Shown here: positions 40,438-48,007 of the stretch, one piece after another | Layout: each line of letters starts with the position of its first letter | How positions within the stretch are numbered: position 1 is the stretch's first letter | IMG/VR virus record: IMGVR_UViG_3300008253_000110 | Location: 158-64,157 of that record | Strand: one strand, 5' to 3' | Length of the DNA: 64,000 nt | DNA from: a virus | Made by a program: the position numbers and the translations under genes | Notes under the pieces: model-generated | The model's input: only the letters and a program-made list of their open reading frames with translations | Told to the model about the DNA's origin: nothing | Databases searched by the model: none

Positions 40438-41070
40438 TTAAACATTTAACATCATATGACTTTTTATAAATTTGTCAGCTTTCTCCGTAACCTTATCTTT
40501 ATCTGTAAGAGTCATTATCTCTTTAAAAATATTAGAAAATTTAGAATTTAGATGGGATACTCTAGCAATCTCATCTTTATAATTTAAATATTCTTCTAAC
40601 TTGTTAATAAGCTCTTCATCACCAGTCTCTAATATACTTAGGTATACTTCCTCTCTATTACCATCATATATAAAGTATCCTTTAGAATTTAGTTCATTAT
40701 TAAGGATAATCCATGAGTAGAGTGCTACACCTGAAATGGATGCAAGTTCGGGTGTTATTAAAGCTCTAATTCTCCTAATCTCTACCGATTTAACATTCCC
40801 AATATCCTCAGGGTCTATATCCTCTACAATAACTTCTGACGGTAAAACTTCAAGAGTTTGAAGAGTTTTAGGAATTATTATATTTTTACATCCGTCGTTT
40901 AAACTTGTTTTAATCCTTTCAGCTGCCATTACAGAAAGCTTAAGATATTGTTCATTTGTATTAACAATATTATCTAATGTATTAGAAGTAATACCCGTAA
41001 CTTGCCAATGTGTTCCACTATCTCTAACTAATGCTAATTCATATATCATTTGTTTTTTTCTCCAATTCAA
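40438..41070 (-). CDS. Hypothetical protein next to the Cys-rich gene (210 aa)
   Basis: In operon orientation; helical C-terminus; no motif recognised. Confidence 0.65.
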   Translation of the reverse strand: MNWRKKQMIYELALVRDSGTHWQVTGITSNTLDNIVNTNEQYLKLSVMAAERIKTSLNDGCKNIIIPKTLQTLEVLPSEVIVEDIDPEDIGNVKSVEIRRIRALITPELASISGVALYSWIILNNELNSKGYFIYDGNREEVYLSILETGDEELINKLEEYLNYKDEIARVSHLNSKFSNIFKEIMTLTDKDKVTEKADKFIKSHMMLNV

Positions 41071-41102
41071 TAATTCTTTTTTCTAATTAAACAATGGTAC
41101 TA

Positions 41103-41606
41103 TTATGCAGTGTAATTACACTCGCAATTATTATTACAAGTACAGACAGAATTACAAGAACAATCGGAATTACAAATGCAATCCTTCCTAACAATTTCAT
41201 ATTTTTCATAGATCGACCTAGCGTAAATGTCAGGACCCGCCCAATCAGTAGCATCAATCAGCTCCCCATCTCTATCAGCCATAAATCCTTGCCCACCGGT
41301 AACTTTGTCTACCATAAAGTATAATTCCTCTACATGATTATCCGTAATAATAGTAGATGTTGTATAAGGAGTTGGTTGGGTGACGGTAAAATCATGATAC
41401 CTATGTTCATTCCATCTAGTTAATTCTGCTCTAATCTTTTGTCTTACCTCTTCTAATATGTCAACGTTTATAGGAGCTCCTTCAGCAACATTAGCCGTAG
41501 TAGTTAAGGGTCTATTTGTTAAACACCCACCCCTTGATCCTAGACCGTCACGACCAGTACTGTAACCCTCCCAATTAGCCACACAATTGTGCTCTAGACA
41601 CGACAT
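41103..41606 (-). CDS. Cys-rich protein with a C-terminal (CxCNxx)4 repeat; candidate radical-SAM substrate (167 aa)
   Basis: Ends in DCICNSDCSCNSVCTCNNNCECNYTA and lies immediately downstream of a SPASM radical SAM gene (2-nt gap). Confidence 0.75.
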   Translation of the reverse strand: MSCLEHNCVANWEGYSTGRDGLGSRGGCLTNRPLTTTANVAEGAPINVDILEEVRQKIRAELTRWNEHRYHDFTVTQPTPYTTSTIITDNHVEELYFMVDKVTGGQGFMADRDGELIDATDWAGPDIYARSIYEKYEIVRKDCICNSDCSCNSVCTCNNNCECNYTA

Positions 41607-41608
41607 AA

Positions 41609-42748
41609 TTATCTCCCCTGATTCTTTATACTGGATACAACCGCTCTATCGATTTCTCCAAATGTTTTAAAATACCCACACTGATTATTTATATATCTGT
41701 CCGTCCATTGCTCCATGAAATTAGACTTCACTGAATTGTCTAGTGAGGATACAGGGCAAATCATACAAGTTGTTGCAACACAATCTGTACATGTTGTTGG
41801 TACAGTTTTAATATAATTTGCATATTTTTGAGTTTCAATACCTAAATTCTCGACCCATTCTTTATCCATTATAGATCCAGAGCCCATTGATTCTTTATTA
41901 GGGGAATATAACGAGCCATGACAAGCATAAGATTTTCCAGTTACATCTATAGCGACCATATTAGCACCAGAGGCGCAATGTACTTTTTGTTCATTACCAT
42001 CAAACCAAGAACATAAAAAATGATCATGTTTCTTATAAAACTCTATTTCCTTTTTTGCTACTCTAAGCATAGCTGACCGAAATGTAGCTACAGATTCTTC
42101 AAGTTCAACATCAGGTAACTCATTCACATAATCTATTGTAGGTGCGTATGTTACCGCCGCATGCCCATCTAATCTATCATACAAAGCTTTATAGGAATCC
42201 CATGTCTCTTCAATATCTTTCATAGATTCTAAAGGTACAGTAGCTTTCATAGATACATTTATATTTTTTGTAATTAAGTATTCTAGATTAGCTAATACTC
42301 TTTCTGTTGTATCTGTATTCACACCCTGAACTCTATACTTTTTATTAATAACTTCACCGTCCCAAGATACCTGGATTCTAAATTTATCTAGAGCAGACTG
42401 TGGTACGGAGTCTAAAACATAATCCAGTCGTTTTCTATCTAGAGCATTAGTATACATGTGAAAAGATACTAAATCATTATCCCCAAATGTATTCATTATA
42501 TCAACAATTAATTTACCATTTAATGTAGGCTCACCTCCCCAAAATGATATATTAAAAGCACCAAAACGTTGTATAAACCATTCTGACTCAAGAATTTGAT
42601 TAATTTTAGCTTTTAAAACCTCTATTTTTACATTACTCAGAGTCTGTTTGTTTGTTTTCAGTCCTTCAAAACAATATGTACAAGACATATTGCAAAGAGC
42701 TGTAGTTGTAATCTCAAACGAAAACTGATTTCTTTTATTATTAAGCAT
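41609..42748 (-). CDS. Radical SAM/SPASM peptide or protein maturase-like enzyme (379 aa)
   Basis: CNMSCTYC, FWGGEPTL and SWDG, plus a full SPASM array CASG..CHG..CTDC....CMIC..C. Confidence 0.92.
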   Translation of the reverse strand: MLNNKRNQFSFEITTTALCNMSCTYCFEGLKTNKQTLSNVKIEVLKAKINQILESEWFIQRFGAFNISFWGGEPTLNGKLIVDIMNTFGDNDLVSFHMYTNALDRKRLDYVLDSVPQSALDKFRIQVSWDGEVINKKYRVQGVNTDTTERVLANLEYLITKNINVSMKATVPLESMKDIEETWDSYKALYDRLDGHAAVTYAPTIDYVNELPDVELEESVATFRSAMLRVAKKEIEFYKKHDHFLCSWFDGNEQKVHCASGANMVAIDVTGKSYACHGSLYSPNKESMGSGSIMDKEWVENLGIETQKYANYIKTVPTTCTDCVATTCMICPVSSLDNSVKSNFMEQWTDRYINNQCGYFKTFGEIDRAVVSSIKNQGR

Positions 42749-42962
42749 TAAGTATATCCTCTAATATGGAATCTAACTTCTCATCTGTTATTTTTTCTTT
42801 TTGTGGTTCAATTACTCCGATAAGGGCATTTGCTAATTGGGATACTTTTAAAGCTTCTTCCTGGAATTGAGGTATATCAGATAAATGCTTTGCAGCTTCA
42901 ATAAGATTAAAGGAGGCATTGGCCAAATGTTTATTTACATCATTTATACTATCACGAATCAT
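42741..42962 (-). CDS. Small helical hypothetical protein between two radical SAM genes (73 aa)
   Basis: Overlaps both neighbours and is helical/acidic. Confidence 0.6.
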   Translation of the reverse strand: MIRDSINDVNKHLANASFNLIEAAKHLSDIPQFQEEALKVSQLANALIGVIEPQKEKITDEKLDSILEDILNA

Positions 42963-43941
42963 GGAATTCTCTCCTTATTATATCTCTAGGTATCAAAGGT
43001 AATATTTCTTTTGTTTTATCATAACAATATTTATATATATCACAAAGTTCGGGTATTGGTCCATTCGACTTAATTTGCTCATACATGCAACCTTTATGAC
43101 AATAATCCTTTACACGACAAGTTGAGCATTCAGGCATAGAGTAAAACTGATCTATCTTCTCAGCTGCTTCTTTATCCCCAGTAAATCTGTCACATGTAAC
43201 GGACTCTCCAGTCTCTGTTAATGCATAAAGATTTCTTCCTACACCACACCCTTCAGCTGTAAATCCTTTATAATGATATCTTAATATATCACGAAGCCAG
43301 GATAGTATAAAATTAGGCATATCCTCCGTAATATTATTTTTGTACCACTCATACATTTCATCAATACCGATCTGGAGAAGTTTAACTGATTCCGGAGTCC
43401 ATGTCCCTCTATCTCTAACTAATGTTAATCCAGGATTCATTCCAAAATTTCGAGTTATATATAAATGATTTTCTAGTAAATTATAGTCAGATCCGGATAT
43501 CATAGAATGACATTTTAATCCAGAAAACAATTCTCGTTTAGCGTATAATACATCTAAAGAAGATAGATTGGAATCTCTAATAGGTCTTCTATCGTTTTGC
43601 CATAAGCCATCGAATGATATTGATATCTTAACATTTTCTTTTAAAAGATAATCTAGTATTCCAGGTGTTAGGGATATCCCATTAGTAGGCATAGCTAAGG
43701 CATAATTATCATCAACTTTCTTCATTGTTGATATAACTGACTTAACCATCTTCATCTGGAGAAGAGGCTCACCCCCGAAAAAGTCTATTTGTATAAGATC
43801 ATTAGGGTGCTCAAGTCTAAGTTCTTTAAATTTATTTATTATAGAATCATGAGATAAAGTATTCTTAGACCACTTATCCATTCCACAATATGAGCAGTTT
43901 AAATTACACCCTTCTGATAATAGAACATTTAATGTCTTAAT
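42952..43941 (-). CDS. Radical SAM/SPASM protein; the ORF track starts at 43881, but the reading frame extends upstream, probably from ATT at 43941
   Basis: In-frame upstream codons read IKTLNVLLSEGCNLNCSYCGMDK and contain the CxxxCxxC motif; then FFGGEPLL, SFDG, CGVG..CD..CSTC....CHKGC..C. In-frame stop at 43948-43950. Confidence 0.85.
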   Translation of the reverse strand: MKTLNVLLSEGCNLNCSYCGMDKWSKNTLSHDSIINKFKELRLEHPNDLIQIDFFGGEPLLQMKMVKSVISTMKKVDDNYALAMPTNGISLTPGILDYLLKENVKISISFDGLWQNDRRPIRDSNLSSLDVLYAKRELFSGLKCHSMISGSDYNLLENHLYITRNFGMNPGLTLVRDRGTWTPESVKLLQIGIDEMYEWYKNNITEDMPNFILSWLRDILRYHYKGFTAEGCGVGRNLYALTETGESVTCDRFTGDKEAAEKIDQFYSMPECSTCRVKDYCHKGCMYEQIKSNGPIPELCDIYKYCYDKTKEILPLIPRDIIRREFHDS

Positions 43942-44675
43942 AACGAATTAACCTCTAATATACTTTTTACTAAATCCATAGAGTATACAGAGGCAAAAGA
44001 CTCAGCATCTTTAGGAAGACACGGCCCACCAAATCCATACTTACCATCTGGACCAGGAACATCAAAAAGACCTGTACCCATCCGTGGTACTCGCTCTAGT
44101 ACAGATACTATTTCTTTGTAATCTATACCCTCTATCCCACATACTTTATATATCTCGTTTAAATATGTTATTTTTAGGGCGTTGAAGGTGTTCATAGTAT
44201 ACTTTAATATACAAGCTGTTTTTATATCTGTTAGATGTACATTCTTTGTGGAAACCTCAGAATATTTCTTAAATATAGCTAAAGTATGCTGTGATGTAAC
44301 AATAGAATTTGATCCTATTATTAATACATGAGGGTTAATGAAATCATGGTGGGCCGTTGCTCTAGACAAGAATTCCGGTACACATACTATATTATTAGAG
44401 TACCCTTTAATTAGGTCTGGAAGCACAGTAGATTTTATTATTATAAGACCAGAGTACTCAAGTTCTTTTAGATTCTCAAGTGCATTTAATAGTATTGTTG
44501 CTTCTATTTTACCGTTTACTGTAGGTGTTGGGAGGCATACAAATATACATTCTGTATCCATCATATCTTCGATAGATACATCATTATATAAAGGGTCCGA
44601 TATTATTTTATCTGTTTTGGTAAACCCTTTATCAACTGCTTTCCCAACAAAACCATAACCAAGAATACCAATCAT
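43929..44675 (-). CDS. UDP-glucose/GDP-mannose 6-dehydrogenase family protein (248 aa, lacking the C-terminal domain)
   Basis: Motifs GYGFVG, FVCLPTP, IIKSTV, PEFL, K...NTF.A.KI...NE and GFGGPCLPKD. Confidence 0.9.
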   Translation of the reverse strand: MIGILGYGFVGKAVDKGFTKTDKIISDPLYNDVSIEDMMDTECIFVCLPTPTVNGKIEATILLNALENLKELEYSGLIIIKSTVLPDLIKGYSNNIVCVPEFLSRATAHHDFINPHVLIIGSNSIVTSQHTLAIFKKYSEVSTKNVHLTDIKTACILKYTMNTFNALKITYLNEIYKVCGIEGIDYKEIVSVLERVPRMGTGLFDVPGPDGKYGFGGPCLPKDAESFASVYSMDLVKSILEVNSLLRH

Positions 44676-47600
44676 TAGGTAATAACTACCTCTATTAACT
44701 CAGTACCTTCAGAAGTTTTAGATACTACAGCCTTTCCTATAATAGAACCAAATGAAGGGTTATTATTAGAAACCCCTGTACCTCTCCCAGATGATATAAT
44801 AATGTCACCTTTATCAACTGGTCCTTCTACTTTAACAGGTACTCTTCCTCTTAGTGCAACAGTAGCTATAAATTCACCTGAACAACCAGAATTCATTAAG
44901 TATGCAGGATTTTCAGAAACGACTCCTACGATTCTAGAATCCATTATCCTATCTGATTCTGTAACCTCAAATTCACCACCTAAGGATAATACTGTACCAA
45001 CTTCATATTGTTTATCAGCAACATAGTTTTCCGCTAAATCTGCATATCGGGCTTTAGTTGCTGTACCAGTCATTACACCACAACTAAAAGCCCCTGAAGC
45101 ATCTCTGTATACTATGGTATTTGCTGTATTTATTGAAGTAGCATCAGACTGTATAGTATAGTCCCCACCCGCAGATCCAGATACAGACACCCCGTTATTA
45201 TTTGTGGAATGCATAACCACCGATTTTACATAGGCACCAGAGGTATCAGTCCCTAGTGCTATCGTCTTTCCAGTAGTATCAATTGAATACGTCGCCTCAT
45301 CGGAACTATTATTCATTGTTACCTCGCCGGTCACATCTCCGGTTAACTTAATAGTATGGTCCCAGGCTGTAAAATCGAGTGTACCATCATCAGTTTGATA
45401 TGTTACAGCAATACCCTTTTCAGTATTACCACTAACCATAGCACCAACAACATCTTCTATTACCTCATCGTTCAATGATGTATTAATATCTATATTAGTT
45501 TCATCTAAGTCAATTGTAGTAGCATCTGATGTAATTTTTCCTGTTAACGTAATAGTTGGTTTTCCGGCAATGATATGGATATCATTAACCCAATATGTAT
45601 CAACCACCATAGGACTACCAGCATTATATTGTTCTGTAGTAATTATGTTACCATTAGATTTTGCATTGTTAAGATAATCTTTTTCTGTAGGTATTCTAGT
45701 GCTACCCGTTATTTGCATACTTTCATATTCTACGTCAACACCTTCATGTTTGTCATGAGTTGCTGGGGATTGAACAAGCATAGACTTGATAACATCCTGT
45801 GTCCATAACTTAAATGTAGTAGGTTTGAGTTCATTATGCTGTGTATAATTTCCAGTAGAATCAAATACAGTATCCTCACCTATTTGTAATTCTTTAGTGA
45901 ATTTAGAAATACCCTGAAGGGCTACATCAGATGTTACTATTTGTTGATCAATATTAGCAAGTTTTAAATACCTTAAATCTGTATCCTCAGTGCCATATAT
46001 AAATTTAGTACCTTTGATATGTCCATATACATCTAATTTAGCAGAAGCATCTGCTGTCTTACCTATACCTACAGAACCATTTGTTGAAATGCGCATTTGT
46101 TCAACAAGAGGAGCATCAGGGTCAGCTACTATTTCAGTAGCTGTAGGCTCCCTAAAGAATAACATATTATCGTTACTAGAAATACCAGCAGTTGATAATG
46201 TTAAAGGTCTAGCTATAGCATCAGCACTTTTCTGACTAAACATATCAAACATACCATCTCTTCTAAGATAGACATTGTCTAATGTTTCGCCTTTTGATGA
46301 TTCATATAAAGTATTTAATATAGTTATTAAAGTATTAATACCAGTTTCTGGACTACCATCACCAGTTACTGGATCCTGTCGAGTGGTGGAGTTCGCATTA
46401 ATTATGTCTATACCAGTCCAAGATGGATCTCGAAAATATCGTAGTTTAGAAGTTTCATAGACTTCCTGGGTAACTAATCCAGTAAGAAAATCATTTTCAG
46501 TAGGTACTCTAGTTAGTAGTACTCCAACATTGGATTGGTATGACGCACCTCCTTCATTCCATCTTGCTGATGCGCCTATTCTTTCATAAAAATTTGCATA
46601 TCCGTGATCATATCCTTGAGCGGCCGACGACAATGAACTATTTTGCCATGTACCTGCTTGTATTTTACTTAGTGGAGCTCCGTGCTCATTTAGTGAAAAA
46701 TCAACTTTAGATTTAATTGAATTTAGCGCGTCCGTAATATTGTCTGAAAGATTAACATAACCCATTGGGTGATCTGTATTATTGCCAGATGTACCTGCAT
46801 TATTAGGAGTATCTGGTATTGTTTGTAGAAACTCTGCTTCACCAAAACCAATATTTGTTCTATGCTCCATTAAAAGTGTAGTTATATTTTTATCATCAGG
46901 TAGTGTTGCAGTATTAACATGGTTAAGACTTAAAAGATTTCCATTACCTTGATAAGTATCTATTTTTTTAATAGCATCTTCTAGGCAAACAAATCTACTT
47001 TTTTGGTAGCCATTTGCTACGGTGGCAATATTTAATGGGTATTCAGTATCATCAAATAATAAGTAATTAGGAACAGAGCCTCTTTGAATTTGGAAAAGCT
47101 CATTAATACCCCCACCAAGTGTTTGTGCTGTTGTATCAAGATGTATGGATGACGAACCTGAACCACCACCTAATATATCTATTCTCAGCTGATTTACTTC
47201 TGATACTATATCAGGTACTACAGAATCACTTAAAGTTATGAATTGATTTAAAGAAGTCGATTCATTTGGTATTACACCATATATATTAGTCTCAGTAATT
47301 TTACCTAGCGAGCTATTAGTAATATGAATTCTTAAATCATTTACATTGTTAATCCCACCTAGATTAGACCCTTTAATAATTAATATTTGTCCACTAATAT
47401 AGGATGAGGGGGAGTTATCACCCGAGGATGCAATTTCACAAGTGTAAAAAAATCTTTGAGTCCGTGATATGGTGTTACCAGCCTGAATAATTGTCGCAGA
47501 TGGGATAGATTCTGATACCTCCCCAATTGGGTCAGAACAAGTGTTGGTACTTGATGCAACACAATCTGGATCAAAATTAGGATTTGCATATATAGTTATG

Positions 47601-47803
47601 TCAAATGTAGCACCTGTTCCCAAAAGATCCGGCTCACTTGATGGATAAAAACCTCCACGATCATAAATAGCTGAGACACCGGAATATTTTCTAACAGCAT
47701 GGAGAGTCATAACTTTAGTATCACCCACGGATGATGAAATTTGATTAGTATTTACTCGCCATTCCTCAAAAGTATTACCTTGAGTTACTATAAACTTAGA
47801 CAT
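44675..47803 (-). CDS. Tail fibre protein with C-terminal chaperone-like domain (1042 aa)
   Basis: N-terminal TFEEWRVNTN fibre-attachment pattern and TITLTGDVTG-like repeats; C-terminal ARYADLAENY..YEVGTV..GVVS.NPAYLMN..VAL.GRVPVKV..IIGKA. Confidence 0.85.
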   Translation of the reverse strand: MSKFIVTQGNTFEEWRVNTNQISSSVGDTKVMTLHAVRKYSGVSAIYDRGGFYPSSEPDLLGTGATFDITIYANPNFDPDCVASSTNTCSDPIGEVSESIPSATIIQAGNTISRTQRFFYTCEIASSGDNSPSSYISGQILIIKGSNLGGINNVNDLRIHITNSSLGKITETNIYGVIPNESTSLNQFITLSDSVVPDIVSEVNQLRIDILGGGSGSSSIHLDTTAQTLGGGINELFQIQRGSVPNYLLFDDTEYPLNIATVANGYQKSRFVCLEDAIKKIDTYQGNGNLLSLNHVNTATLPDDKNITTLLMEHRTNIGFGEAEFLQTIPDTPNNAGTSGNNTDHPMGYVNLSDNITDALNSIKSKVDFSLNEHGAPLSKIQAGTWQNSSLSSAAQGYDHGYANFYERIGASARWNEGGASYQSNVGVLLTRVPTENDFLTGLVTQEVYETSKLRYFRDPSWTGIDIINANSTTRQDPVTGDGSPETGINTLITILNTLYESSKGETLDNVYLRRDGMFDMFSQKSADAIARPLTLSTAGISSNDNMLFFREPTATEIVADPDAPLVEQMRISTNGSVGIGKTADASAKLDVYGHIKGTKFIYGTEDTDLRYLKLANIDQQIVTSDVALQGISKFTKELQIGEDTVFDSTGNYTQHNELKPTTFKLWTQDVIKSMLVQSPATHDKHEGVDVEYESMQITGSTRIPTEKDYLNNAKSNGNIITTEQYNAGSPMVVDTYWVNDIHIIAGKPTITLTGKITSDATTIDLDETNIDINTSLNDEVIEDVVGAMVSGNTEKGIAVTYQTDDGTLDFTAWDHTIKLTGDVTGEVTMNNSSDEATYSIDTTGKTIALGTDTSGAYVKSVVMHSTNNNGVSVSGSAGGDYTIQSDATSINTANTIVYRDASGAFSCGVMTGTATKARYADLAENYVADKQYEVGTVLSLGGEFEVTESDRIMDSRIVGVVSENPAYLMNSGCSGEFIATVALRGRVPVKVEGPVDKGDIIISSGRGTGVSNNNPSFGSIIGKAVVSKTSEGTELIEVVIT

Positions 47804-47806
47804 CTC

Positions 47807-48007
47807 TTATTTCTCCAATATTTTTGTTAAAATGGCTTTTATCTCATTTATATCATTTTTAATCTCTATCATTTCATTCTCTTTTGCTTTTGCTTGTTGT
47901 TTTAATCTATTATACTCTAATATTTCATTTGAGTTTGTATTAACTATAGCATTTGTAGAAGAATCCCTATATAACCCTTTATGACCTTCTACTGGAATCA
48001 TCCTCAT
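47807..48007 (-). CDS. Small conserved myovirus protein (66 aa)
   Basis: V.GH.GLYRD..T.AIVN followed by a coiled coil; this pattern is typical of the gene just downstream of VrlC-like genes in T4-like phages. Confidence 0.7.
   Translation of the reverse strand: MRMIPVEGHKGLYRDSSTNAIVNTNSNEILEYNRLKQQAKAKENEMIEIKNDINEIKAILTKILEK

Noticed and set aside
26816-44675. The island as a 7-deazaguanine, hmC or other known DNA-modification cluster
   Set aside because: I recognised no QueC/D/E, FolE, DpdA, thymidylate-synthase-like or dCMP hydroxymethylase motifs. DNA modification is not formally excluded.
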